Shown piece by piece: positions 1-12,970 of a stretch of 64,000 nucleotides of DNA. Each line of letters begins with the position of its first letter. Position 1 is the stretch's first letter. A program made the position numbers and the translations under genes. The DNA is from Eledone cirrhosa (lineage: Eukaryota). The DNA lies in assembly GCA_964016885.1 (NCBI GenBank), contig OZ024742.1:129084001-129148000 (forward strand). The letters run 5' to 3'. Under the pieces are notes generated by a model. It was not told the origin of the DNA. It searched no databases and worked only from the letters and a program-made list of their open reading frames with translations.

Positions 1-145
1 ATGCAGTAGTGGAAGACCTGCTCGAACCTTCATTGATCAACTCTCAGATGATATGAACCTCAGTAAGGAGCAATAGAAAATCATGAATTGTGGAGAGGCT
101 GTGTCAGGAATGTTCAACTGTGGTCACAATGATGATAATGATGAT
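1..145 (+). mobile_element. Degenerate 3' end of an RTE/RTE-X-like LINE with (GAT)n tail
   Basis: Reads ..SGRPARTFIDQLSDD.., followed by gatgataatgatgat; resembles 12630-12842. Confidence 0.5.
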
Positions 146-563
146 ACACTAACTACCATGACTGCCTTGCTTCTTGATAGCAGCAGCATGTAAAGTATAA
201 TGTAAAGAGTGCTGTAAATACTCACTGACCTATTGCATAGAACCAGAAAACAAACTGAAATGTGAAGGAATGCTACTCTCTATAATTGGCTAAAAAAAAC
301 TGATACAAATAGAATTAAAATTTAAAAAAAAAACAACAAAAAAACAAATAGAATGAGAAAAATTATTCTTGAAAAAATTATCAGTTTCACCTTTCGTCAC
401 TATAATTTGCAGTCCAAATAAGATAAATGAATAATAAGGGCTCCTACATCATAAGGGAATTGTAGGAGTGCCATGCTGGCACATGATGTGTCCTGGACAT
501 TTTAAACCTAGTAGGGCCCACTTCTCTGCAGGTTGAAACACGGCTGATTTCTGTGTGTGTGTG

Positions 564-862
<299 letters not shown>

Positions 863-1386
863 TAAAATATTATATTACTCCAAAAGTACATTTTAAAAAC
901 TATTTTATTGGTTTTAATCATTATACAAAGACTGTGCTGGGACACTTAAGTCTAAGTATGGTTTATTACATTGACCCTAGAAACCCAGCTCTCTGGAACT
1001 CCCACTAACACCTGCTGGTGTATTTCTTACATACATTGACTTGACTTGCAAAATCATCAATGGCATTGCAATATATTGATCTTTCTATTATTGAAGGGGA
1101 CCTGTGATGGCCAACGGTATCCCTTCTCCGTCTTTACCAAAAAAAAACAACAAAAAAGGCGGTTGTAGTAAGATTGAAATTTAAGAGTATGCTTTACTTT
1201 TAATAAAGGCTACTACAGCACATATTACCTTTAAGGTCGATGAATAAAATTGGAGTCATAATCCCTTGAGATGGAAAAAAGTGGACAAGTGATTGTGCAA
1301 AAGGCAAAACACACTTAAATTTCAAGCAAGCAAAAGAAATTTAAAAAGGACAACTGAAAAATTCAAGAAGAAGCTTAAGTACTTAC

Positions 1387-1502
1387 ACTGTAGGTACATA
1401 TTCACCAGGAAAGCTGTCTGTGGTATATGATATCAGCATACATGTCTTCCCTACAGTTCCGTCGCCAACAACAACACACTTGATTGGGCGACCCTGTGCC
1501 AT
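1387..1502 (-). CDS. Mtl: First coding exon of a Rho-family small GTPase, Mtl/MIG-2 (Rac/RhoG-like) subfamily; the gene continues left of the window
   Basis: The reverse strand translates [38 protein letters not shown](V). The GRPIKC N-terminus and GDGTVGKT P-loop match Drosophila Mtl. GT donor (gtaagt) at 1386-1381 in phase 2 of the Val codon, the same intron position as in RAC1. Acceptor ttcag at 1530-1526 gives exon 1387-1525 with 23 nt of 5'UTR. Confidence 0.9.
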
Positions 1503-1984
1503 TTTGTTGTTCTACCTATACTAACCTGAATAATAATAAGAAAAAAGAAAAACTGCATTAAATACAGATTGTTTATGAAATCATTATCATCATCATCATC
1601 ATAATTTGTCCATTTTCTCTGTTAGTGAGGGTTGGACACACACATTATATATATTATATCACAAGTATATATTCAATGATTAATTATGAAATTGCTTTCT
1701 GATTTAGGCACAAGGCCAACAATTTTTGGAGAGGGGAAAGTCGATTAAATCGACCCCAGTACATGACTGGTACTTTATTTTAACGACCTCATAAGCATGA
1801 AAGGTAAACCTAACCGTGGCAGGATTTGAACTCAGTAGTAAAGGGCTGCAAAACATGTACACCGCTCCATTGATACTGCCAATCCACTGCCCTAGATTAA
1901 TTATGAAATTATTAGTGGGCCAATGCCATCAATAATGACAGCAAAAGTGTTGAACATATTTAATTTCTGGAGTTCAATATTAGT

Positions 1985-2055
<71 letters not shown>

Positions 2056-2058
<3 letters not shown>

Positions 2059-2173
2059 TAGTCCTATGCGAGCAAGACAATCACTCTTGCCTCAAGTGGG
2101 ACTACCCCCGTCCAAACCCATGCAAGCGTGGAACACGGACGTTAAACATTGATGATGATGATGATGATGATGA
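2056..2173 (+). mobile_element. Extreme 3' tip of the young RTE LINE, inserted in (TA)n
   Basis: Near-identical to 30331-30449 (gtcctatgcgagcaagacaatcactcttgcc...ggacgttaaac + (gat)n); TA on both sides. Confidence 0.9.
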
Positions 2174-2319
2174 TATATATATGTGTGTTAGGTAGTTCCG
2201 GAGGAGAAGCAAAGGAAAAAAAGAGTGCTCTATGCATAGAACAGAGCTATTTAATTAGAAATTGAACAACAATTTTTAACAGGTTTTAAATCTCATTTCA
2301 TATCTTTTATCAATAACAT

Positions 2320-2387
2320 CTCTGTCTGACGACCGATCCAGACGTATATTATTATCGTCTGTGATCCAGAAACCTTTGGTAATGGAG
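2320..2387 (+). ncRNA. Type I hammerhead ribozyme motif (slightly degenerate) in a Penelope-like fragment with 23-bp inverted flanks (2249-2271 / 2401-2423)
   Basis: ctctgt-CTGACGA-cc-gatc-cagacg..cgtctg-t-gatc-ca-GAAA-cc-ttt-gg-TA-atggag. Stem I ctctgt/atggag; the base of stem II is mismatched. Confidence 0.65.
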
Positions 2388-2774
2388 TAGTTATATTTTG
2401 TGTTGTTCAATTTCTAATTAAATATATATGAGTATTAGCAAATATATGAACAAGGTTCACTTTGCTTGTCATCCCTTCAGGGTCGATAAAGAAAGTACCA
2501 GCTAAATGTTGGTGTAATCCCTCCTTTCACTTATATCCTGGATGTTCCACAAGATTAAAGGAGAGAGGATCAAGGTAGTTGTCTGCTTGCAATTGCATGG
2601 GCATCTAAAACTTTTAGCAATAGCATGTTACATACTACCAAATCATACTCAATTGCAAGTGATGGTTGTTAGATGTTTTTTAAATAACTAGTATACTAGT
2701 TAATAGTTTTAAATGCAATAGAAATACTAAATTCTTCTTTTACATGAGAAAGAAACCAGTAGCAGGTGTTAACA

Positions 2775-3415
2775 TTATTGAGGGTAGAGCTAGTGGTGAT
2801 AGTGGGAGTAGCAGTGACAGTGGGAGTAGTTGTGATAGTGGGAGGAGTGGTGATAGTTGTAGTGATAGTGCTGCTGATAGTAGTGGTGGAAGTAGTAGTT
2901 GTGGTGGTAATGGTGATAGTAGTAGTAACAGTGGCTATGGTTGCAGTTATGGTAGTGGTGATACTAGACACAATAGTGGTGGTAGTAGTAGTAGCAATAA
3001 TGATGATGGTAGTAATGGTTGTAGTAATTGGTAGTGGTGGTGGTAGAGGTGATAGTGGTGGTGGTAGAGGCGATAGTGGTGGTGGTGGTAGAGGCGATAG
3101 TGGTGGTGGTAGAGGTGGTAGTGGTGATAGTGGTGGTAGTAGTAATGATAGTGGTGGTAGTAGTAGTAATAGTGGTGGTAGTAGTAGTAATAGTGGTGGT
3201 AGTAGTAGTAATAGTGGTGGTAGTAGTAGTAATAGTGGTGGTAGTAAGGGTGATAGTAGTGGCGGTAGTGGTGGTAGTAGTAGTAAGGGTGATAGTGGTG
3301 GTAGTAGTGGTAGTAATGATGGTCATGATAGTTTTAATAGGGGTGGTAGTAGAGATGGTAGTAGTAGTAATAGTGGTGATAGTGAAGTGATGGTAGTAGT
3401 AGTAGTGGTAGTTGT
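2775..3415. repeat. Degenerate (GTA/GTG/GAT)n trinucleotide low-complexity tract
   Basis: gtagtggtgatagt-type repeats; the poly-V/T/G-S ORFs here are artefacts. Confidence 0.9.
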
Positions 3416-3799
3416 ATCAATTACAGCTGCTTGACTAATTTCCACACACACACACACACAATATGTAAAGTACAACATAATAATAATAATAAAAATAAAC
3501 AAAGAGCAGCTGGTGCAGTTGGAATAAATATTCACCAATATTGATACCAATATAGAAAGAGGGAGTCAGGGGGAGGGGAGCACCTCCAACTCCTTCCTTC
3601 TATAAACTTCCTTCACTAATAATCAAAGACAAATTTGGTGGTCCACATGTCGATTATTCAAAGATCCACATGTCAATTATTCAAAGATCTAGCAACATTA
3701 GTTTACTTATTTATGATATACAGTAATGAATGTATTAAAAAAAAAACATTTAAATAATGAACAAGGAGAGAAAAATGAAAAAGGAAAAATTCTACTCCT

Positions 3800-4345
3800 T
3801 TGGCTGTGTCCTGCAGATAAAATGGCAAAAGCATTGCTATGGAGAACAGCCAGAGACACCTGCTGCATCAGCCAATCCACCTCATAGAGCTCCTTTCTCA
3901 GGTGATACAGGCTTCTTTCTTAAGTGATATGCACTCCTCCTGATTTTGCAGAGGAAAATGACAGTCTGGGAATTAATGACACCAGTGGCCCCGATGATAA
4001 AAAGGAAGAAGTCAGTCAAACCCTGGTAGCTGGTTATCTTCCACTTTTCTCTGTTATGAGTGGTAGGGCCCAAGTTTGTGGTCAAGACAGTGAGGTTGGA
4101 ACTAGAGAATGGGTCCCAGCATGTGAAATCACAGATTAATGATTTACCTCCTTTGAATGAGAAATAGGTTGTCCCATTAAGGTGTCCCAGTCAATGTTGA
4201 CAGGCTACAATAGTGACAGCAAATTGGCCACATCAAGGCTCCTTTTGATGATGATGCTCAAGACAAAGTCCTGAAGGAACCAATCTGCACTGTGATTACA
4301 AGAGAGCAGATGTATTGAAACAGATGTATCTTCAATACTGTAACG
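3800..4345 (-). mobile_element. Degenerate C-terminal restriction-like endonuclease region of a CRE-like non-LTR retrotransposon
   Basis: The minus strand yields HLLSCNHS...IIKRSL, GTTYFSFKGGKSLICDFTCWD...EKWKITSYQGL...GVI...FL and EVDWLMQQVSLAVLHSNAFAIL, matching the RPDG..WDxT..E..K..Y..L...QRxSxAxxRGNA pattern. Confidence 0.6.
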
Positions 4346-5269
4346 TGACTGGTTGTCATTAGGAAGGGCATCCAGCTGTATAAACCAAAATACAGATTTG
4401 TATGAGTAAGACATGGTCACTTGATCCGACTTGTTTCATAACGTGACAACCCATCTAACCCATGCAAGCATGGGCAGTAGATGTTAAATGCTGATGATGA
4501 TGGTAATGACTGGCAATAGTTAAAGGTAGAATGTCAATGAGTAATGGAATTCTCATGTCTTACGGATTTTTTGTTGGAAGTGGGGGGTGGGGGTTAGATA
4601 GGTGCATAGAGTGAAGAATAATGTTCAAAAGCTGTTATGGAAATTAGAAGAGACACCACGTGCATGTGCATATGTGTGAGCACATGACAAATAGGGTTGT
4701 AATTAAACCATATTATATAAGGCAGTGAATTGGCAGAGTTATTAGAACATTGGATAGAATACTTTGCTGCATTCATTCTGGCTCTCTGAGTTCAAATCCT
4801 GCTATGGTCAACTTTGCCTTTTATCTATTCAAAGTCAATTAAAAAAGTACCAGTCAAATACTGGGGTCGATTCTTCCTCTATATCTCTTTTTCACTTCCA
4901 TTCTCTTAACCTTTATCCTTCTCTGGAAGAAATCTGCTGTATTCAGACCTGGAGAGGAGATGAGCTCCGCCAGGTTTTAAAATGCTCTAGAAATGCTGTA
5001 GAGTTAGGGGACCATACATACATACAAAATTCATTGTAATATATATATATATCTTTTACAATGAACTTTGGAAAATGAAAATGTATATATTCTGTCTTTC
5101 TCTAAAACAAGTGGACATACATATATGACAAATTTTATTCCAGTGATATGAATATATATATATATATATGTATATGTTCATAAACAAGCAAAAATAAATA
5201 GCACAATTCTTCCAATTTGCTGCCTTCATATGTATGTATGATTGTGTTTGTATATATATTAACATCATC

Positions 5270-5650
5270 ACCATCATTTTATGTCAGTTTTTTCATGCTC
5301 ACATGGATGGGTCCTCTCCAGTGCAGCCTCCCTCCACTTGCAGCATTCCTTCATCTGCTCTGTGAGGTTCAGCATTTTGAGATCAGCTCTAACAATCTTT
5401 GGCCAGGTCTTTCTCAGTCTTCCTCTATTGCAACTTTCTTCCACTGTCACCATCTGGCACTTCTTCATCCAGCATTCACTTCCTTGCACATTACATGTCC
5501 AAACCAGAGCAGTCTTTTGTCTTGCACACTACATCAGATACCTCTTGTACCCAGCTTTTCTTTCAGTTCATCCACACTCAGTCATTCATACACACTAAAA
5601 TTCCACACTCAATAGAACATGCTTGTTTTATTTCTCTTCAGCCTCCATAT
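5270..5650 (-). mobile_element. Old RTE LINE 3' fragment
   Basis: ORF 5274-5489 contains GRLRKTWPKIVRADLKML...WR, and the fragment has a (gat)n tail. A similar relic lies at about 8160-8540(-). Confidence 0.7.
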
Positions 5651-5885
5651 ATACCAACTGATGGCATCTTTAACAAACATCTATTTTAACATTAGGTTGA
5701 CCAATTCCTTGTGAGTGTAATTTAGTAGATGATTACTGCAGAAGCCTTTCATATGTAGGCTGGAAAGAAACTCCCTATTGAAAATTACTTTTGTTAATTT
5801 CACCAAAATATATTGTGATCCCGTAGGTGGTGGATTTTAATTGTTAATTTCTGTTTTTATTTCAGAGTGACAAGTGTAGTCCAGA

Positions 5886-6260
5886 ATGGCACAAAACCTG
5901 ACACTGCATGGGTGTGTTCATGCTAGCATCCTGTTACGAAGTGTGGCAGTCCCTGGTACAAGTGTGGAGATAGTGATGCAGTGTTCATGGACCTTGTGCT
6001 TCTGTAGATGCCAAAACCATCAGAAATTGTCATACCAAGCTGATGAATATGGGATCTGTAGTAGATAGCCAGAGAAATAGTCATCCTTCAACATCCAGAT
6101 TGGAAGAAAATGTGCAAAAGGTTCGGGAAATGTTGAACCAAAGTCCCCAAATATCAACATACCAGGCAACTCATGAAAGTCATTTCGTCACACTATACAA
6201 ACTGTTTTAAAGGAGTTTACAATGGCGTCCTTAGAAGGTACATTATTGCCAGAAACTATC
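5886..6260 (+). mobile_element. Degenerate Tc1/mariner-superfamily transposase N-terminus (DUF4817/HTH type)
   Basis: Reads YEVWQSLVQV ... KLMNMGSVVDSQRNSHPSTSRLEENVQKVREMLNQSPQISTYQA ... WRP*KVHYCQKL, matching the GSV.D..RSGRP...EENV..V...F..SP..S.R motif. Confidence 0.6.
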
Positions 6261-7028
6261 AGTAGAAGTTTGTTATTATCGGGCAGAGTTTAAGGAGAAC
6301 ATGCTTGATTGGTACAGAGATAGGCCCCAGTTCTTTCACATCATTTGGAGTGATGGAATTGTTTATATGTGTGTGCATGTGTGTGTGTGTAACGGGGGGG
6401 GGGGGGGGTGCTACATCTGTCTGCAGTTTGAAAATAAAAAAAAATAAAAGATGGCTAAAACAAATAAATAACATAGTAGAAAAATAAATGCTGGGGTGAT
6501 TTGATTGGACTAAATCAAGGTAGTGCCCCAGCATGGCTATAGTAAAAGAATTTTTTAAAATGTGTGTGTGTGTATTATTGAAATAGGCAATTATGGAGAG
6601 GGCAAAAGATAAAAGATGGGAGCTGTGTGTACCCTTTGGAAATGAATCACAATGTAAAAGGAGAAGCAAAGACCAAACAGATGAGGGGGGGGGGGCACAT
6701 GCAAAAAGAAAAAAGAAGAAAAAAAAAACAGGAGGGACCAGCTACATATCATCATATCACATATTATTGGAGTGTAGCAGATAAGGTTAGCAGCAGTAGA
6801 TTTAGTCACTGTACTGTAAAAAAGGGTGGTGGTGGTGGTGGAGGGGTATATAAATAAACCAAGGATGAGTAGATAGAGAGGAAAGGAAATGAAAGATATA
6901 TCAAAAAGATTTATTTATCTATGTAGTTAACTAAACAAAACATATTCCAACCATTTTTTGTTTTTACACTTCAACACAGTGGGTCATGAAGATAGATAGC
7001 AAGCTGACAATCAGTCACAGTCAAAAGT

Positions 7029-7059
<31 letters not shown>

Positions 7060-7087
7060 ATGTATAGATATATGTATGTATGTATAT

Positions 7088-7120
<33 letters not shown>

Positions 7121-9549
7121 ATGATATATATATATAAAGATGTTAATAAGAGAGACTAGTAAGACCATTATTCCCCTTAGTACTCATTACTTAACCCTTT
7201 CAATTTCATATTTCATATTTCGAATTAATGAAAAAAGTGAAGAGATTTACCAAAATCATTCATTATTTTACTATTACAATAGTGTTCTTCTTCGCCCACT
7301 TATTCCTGAGAGGGTCGTGGAGTCAGAGTCCTCAAACACTCCTTCCTGCAGGTCCTGTCAGAAGCATCCGGCACATAAATGTGGATGAAACCTTGCCGCT
7401 ATTAATTCTTGTCTTGAGTCCTTTAATTGGGAGCTACTGTTAGTTCATGTCTGGCCTTTCATATATAATGAAGGCTAGTGGTTAGAGTGCTGGGCATGCA
7501 ATCATAAGGCTGAAGGTTTCATTCCTGGACTGGATGGTGCATTATATTCTTGAGCATGACATTACCCTTCATGTCACTTTCCATAATAGGACTGGGGGGT
7601 TCCTATCATTAAAACACTCAAGAAATTCCATACGAAATGTAAACTTGTAGGAGGTGAACTAAACTTACATAGGCATGAGATGTAGCATTTATAGTTACAT
7701 TTTTTTTTTCTTATACACCACTATCTAATCATCATCATTTAACATTAGTTTTCCCTACTAGCAAAAGCTAGATGGGTTATCACAAACCAGGTCAATACTT
7801 AATCAGAGCCAATGATCTCAGATGGGCACTAGCACCAGAGAGGTTGCTATGTCCTTCACACAACTAAAGATACCTTTTAACCCTTTTTGGTATAGTTTCT
7901 ATGGCTGGATGCTTTTCCTATCACCAGTTACCTTACAGGGTGTACAGAGTGCATTTTATCATGACACTAGCACTAGGGAGGTTGTCTCAACTGAAGAACC
8001 CTCTCTACACTAGGGTAGATAGGATTGGTGAGGGTAAGGAGGATAATAAATATGATGTACACAGAGTGTATTGTGAGTTCTTTATCTTGGCACCAATATT
8101 ATCACTTTACAGGGTATATTGGGTACGTTTTATCATGGCACCAACACTAGAGAAGTTGTTGCATGTTCATCCAGACTGCAGATTCCTCTCAAACTGTATA
8201 TTGTCTCCTCTTTGATTGCCAACGCTGTAACCTCTGATCTTGCATCATGTTACATTCAGAGTTGCTTGTACTGGTGAGTGGGTCTTCTGTGTTATGGCAT
8301 ATCACCAGTCAGCTTCCTCCTGTGTCATATCCTTCAAGAGGTTTCAATTTCTTCAGATCATTCTTCACAACTTCCTCCTATGTCTTCCTTGGTATCTCTC
8401 TTCTGCAGATTCCATCTACTTCAAGTGCTTGGTACCGTTTTATACAATTGTTGCTCCCCTTATGCATCACATGATCATACCAGTGCAATCAATCTATCTA
8501 GTGAACTATAGCCATATGCCTAATTTCTTGTGTAGTGCACTTTTTCCAAAATAAAAAGATAAATAATAATAAAAAATAAATAAACAGAAAGCCAATATTT
8601 CTGTAGATCTCCTCTTGATGACTATAGAAGTTACACAGTTAATGAAAATATTATTAGAACAACCTATTAAAGTGCTATAAAACACAAAATGTCTTGTACA
8701 ACACATGCCAACATAGAAAAGCAAAATGTAAAAACAATGATGATGATGATGTTGATACATGGTTGTATTGACACTGTTGATGTCTCACCTTTACCATGAC
8801 TACCAATGTTATTTTACCAAACTCAAGAAAGCATTTAAATACAAGTTTGAAAGCAGAGGCAACGGGGAGAAGTTCCAGCTAGTTCCTATCAGCTAAATTT
8901 CCATACAGTTCAAATACACAAGTCTCTAATATCCAAATGGCTAAATATCAGCTGAAGGGCACCCAGGAGTCATGACCTGGATGCAGCCCAGCTCCTTTAG
9001 AGTGGGGTTTCTTCTCAGAAGACCTTCTGCTATTTAGCTCTCCTAAGAGTTTTTTTTACCACCTCTTATGGCAAGTTTACTATGGCCGATGTTTTTCACG
9101 ACACCAACCAATACCTTATTCTAAGTATGGTTTATACCACTGACATTCCTCAAAATTCTACATTGCAGAGCATATTGCTTATCGTGCACATAGACAAATG
9201 TCCCTGCTGGCATCAATACACACACACACATGTGTGTATGTGTTTAGATTTGTGTCAGTGCCTATGCCCCGTAACTCAGAAATTCGATAAAAAAGAGATT
9301 GATAAGATAAGTACCAGACTTGAAAAATAAGCACCAGGGTCAATATGATAGACTAAATCCATTTAAGGTGATGCTCCACTATAGCTCCACTGTGTGTTCT
9401 CAAGTATGGTTTGTTAATTTATTGTGGAACCAACTCTATACCAAACTCCTCCTCTGAACTGAGTGCTCTATCAACTTTGGATATAACCTCCTGGTTTTTC
9501 ACTACTACAACTACTACACACATATATATGTATATATATATGTGTATAT

Positions 9550-9621
<72 letters not shown>

Positions 9622-12547
9622 TGGTATCTACCTGTCTATGGTAGTCCCAATAACGTTGTTAGAACTCCATGTAGTCCAGAAATAATAATTCCAATGAGAT
9701 CAGGTGAGGAGAGTTTTTTGTTTTTATAATAGGTTTTCATCATATCAGATTCCATAGAGCATTCTAAAGGGGCTTACAAAGTCAAATATGTGTGTGTATA
9801 AGGATATGGATTGCACTGTGTAATGGATGAACAATTATCCTAGTTTATTCAAATTGTTTACAAACCTTACAGCTGCAACACACCAAATACCATCCCAATA
9901 TCATAACGTTATACCTTGTTATGGGACTAACAGAACACAGCAGGCTCAACAACTTTTGTAATTAACACTATTTCTATTTTTAAAAATATTTAGCTGATAG
10001 AAAAAGATTATTATATTTACTATCCCTTAACAATGTATTGTTTGATATATAAAATGAGGAGATGATCATGGACAGTAAATCTTTGATCTTTGGCCAGCTC
10101 AGTCAGGGCTAACACTCGACTAAATATCAACAACATTGTATAATTGGCAAAGGTTTCACTATCTTGTGCATTTTGGAGCTTAAATCTTTCTGTAGACTCC
10201 GAAGAAAGAAATAAGTAAAATTCCAATTGCCTGCAACTTCACCAGAACAAAACAACAACTGCTGCAGCTGCCACTGCCACCACCATTACTGATACTAGCA
10301 CCACATCTGATTTCCATACTAGCACAGATCAGACAGGTTGGCAAGGTTCGATTCAGTTCTTGTTATGAGTTAGTACTTTTCTAGATGAGCTAGCGGACCA
10401 CATTTTGCTCACACGCTCCATTTTTTGGCATGGTTTCTACAGTTGGATAACCTTCCTATCACCAACCACATTAAAGAGTTCACTGAGTGTCCATTTATTG
10501 AGACATCAACTACTTTAAAGATGTTATGTACTTGGCAAGACTAGAATGTCTTGTCGACCCAACATTGTCTCTACTGCTTTGCCAATTACTTTACAGGGGT
10601 GGAGTTTTCCAGGAGATAAAATTAAACTCAGCACTTCCTTTGACCTTCCAGGGTTGTACGGGTGCTGAAGAATGGAGAAGGGTACCAACTCTGTCCATCC
10701 TTCTCTGTTGTAAGGCAGGTCTTATATAAAAACATTGAGAGTGTTAAAACACACATGAGTTTCAGTTTAACTTTGAGACTGGTGTTCTTGTCAAACCTAC
10801 AAAACTCTATTCAGTTTTATGGTACTGTCACCACTGCTAACAGCAATCATATGTTCCCATCCTGCAACACCTTTACAGTTAAGTGGAGTGGGTCATTAGA
10901 AAGTTAACTGCTTTAGTCACACAGCAGCAGTATTAGCAATATCATATAATCTTTTGGTTGGTGGTCCAGTACTATATTCATCTGATCATTCATGCTTTTG
11001 AAAATTTCTAATGAAAGACAATCAAAAATTTATAGTGGTTCTTTAATATAACTAACTTTTTCATAAATTTTCTGGTGTTTGGAACATAACTTAAAGATTC
11101 TTATATAAAATTATGATAAACGGTTTTTATATAAACATTTTTAAACAAGTAGTTTTCCTTATCATAGAACCAAGGCGGGTTTCTGGTAGTTTTGTATCTA
11201 ACGGGTTAAAATATAGGTATAAGATTTTGTTTAAATGCCACCACAACATATCAGTTTGAAATGCACAGTTGATCAAATGCTCAATGACACATCATATAAT
11301 TCTGATCAAGTGCATTTGTATTGTACTTATATGAGGATTTTCAATATATCTAAGTTGTGTTTGGACATAAGTAAGATAGAAGATGGCAGACAGATATGGA
11401 CATGGTGGTGTGTGTTGGCCAAGTTTACCTGACCACATTTGGCAATAGTCTACAATATACAAAGCACAATTGCAAGATATTTAATTAACCCAGTGACTGA
11501 TAATATTTTTTATATCAATTTATATCTAATTAAAGACGAGGGTTGATGACTAGTCTCTGTAGCAGCAAACAATCAATCAAGTAGTCTTCATAGTAACAAA
11601 CAATCACTCAGCTACAAGATAAATTTCTTAGATAAGTATAAGATCTTTGATTTACAGGTCAGGAGAGATTACATTTTGTGAGTCATGCATATCTCTCTTA
11701 AAAGGTATTAACAAGTGAAGAGTAAGAGAAGTGACAGGAAGTGAAATATCTACTACTAAGACCTGAAATCAGATTGTAGATTCAGCTTGCTAAGAGGGTA
11801 TATAAAAGTTTTGTCCTAGCACAATGCTTCTTACAGAGGTGTGATGAGTAGTGATGTTGCCTATCTCAAATAACGTATCCCTTTTATGAATATATTTCTA
11901 ATGAAATACACTATGTAATGCAATTAATTTTTTTAAATAATGGAGAATCTGTAGAGGGATTTCTAAAATAGCCAACCTTTTCATTAAGTTGGTGTTTGGA
12001 ACAATAGTTATTATGATGGACAGGTTCAAATATAAACACTTTAAAATGGGATGGGTTGTTACCATAGTATGTGATGTAGTCCCAGGCATGTTAGTATCAA
12101 AGCCATTAGTAATCAAGCCCATGACCTCATGGGCTTGATTTTCTTACCACTAAGAAGTGAAAGGATTGTGTGAATATGATATTAGTATACCAACTCATAG
12201 ATCTTGAGTTAAAATCCTCTCCAGGCATTTTATTATGTATTTGGGAAGGATACTTAATTCTACCAAATCTTAGTTGACCTAAATGCTGATAACAGGTACC
12301 AAATCAGCTAAGGATATTTTTGAAGATAGATTATTCTGGCTATTCAGAGAGTAGGAAATTTATCTTGTTCACTCCATGTCTGAAAACTGAAATTTAGCAC
12401 TAGCAATTAAAAACCCTTCGAGGTTTAAGACACAAAGATGGCAAAAAAAAAAAAAAGTGGTAAGTGAAGGTGGAAAGAAATTGGAAATTGTAATATTTAT
12501 GCCTTTTTCAAGGAATGTAAATGAAAAGTAATGGCCTGAACTGGGAA

Positions 12548-12970
12548 CTTAACTCATAATATCCTGTACCACATGCAACTACATTAGCAAGACATTCTTG
12601 AAAATTATAAACCAGTATTATGACTAAACCAGATTCGTGAGGCACAGTTGGAGAGCAAAGAATGAAATTGTCGGCGATGTACTGCGATGGACACCAAGGC
12701 ATTGATATCCCTCACAGAACCTACACCAAACAACAATGTGAGGATGCTGAGTACAATCCAGAGGACCTGCCATGAGCAATGGATAACAGAGCCAGATGGA
12801 GAGTCATGGTGATCCATGCAACCAGCATGCTAAGATGTTGACTATAACTAAAAATTAAAGTTATTTTTCTAATACAGAAAATTTAAACAAAAATGTGTCC
12901 ACTAATAAACATTTGAATTAAACCTAATTTAAATATATTTTCTGCTAAGAAAATATATTCAAGAGTTAAA
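12548..12970. mobile_element. TTAA-flanked MITE family (CTCTT...AAGAG ends), here interrupted by an RTE-X-like 3' fragment (12630-12842); other copies at about 12975-13208, 16485-16690, 37105-37290, 62434-62890
   Basis: ttaactc.. and ..aagagttaa termini; shared internal cattagcaagacattcttgaaaagtac. The insert reads HSWRAKNEIVGDVLRWTPRH. Confidence 0.6.

Noticed and set aside
2696-3434. Gly/Ser-rich or poly-Val/Thr ORFs
   Set aside because: A trinucleotide low-complexity tract open in several frames on both strands, with no splice or domain evidence.
6225-6270. Possible hammerhead (gaagg...gccagaaactatcagta)
   Set aside because: No CUGANGA core; the sequence is part of the transposase relic reading frame.
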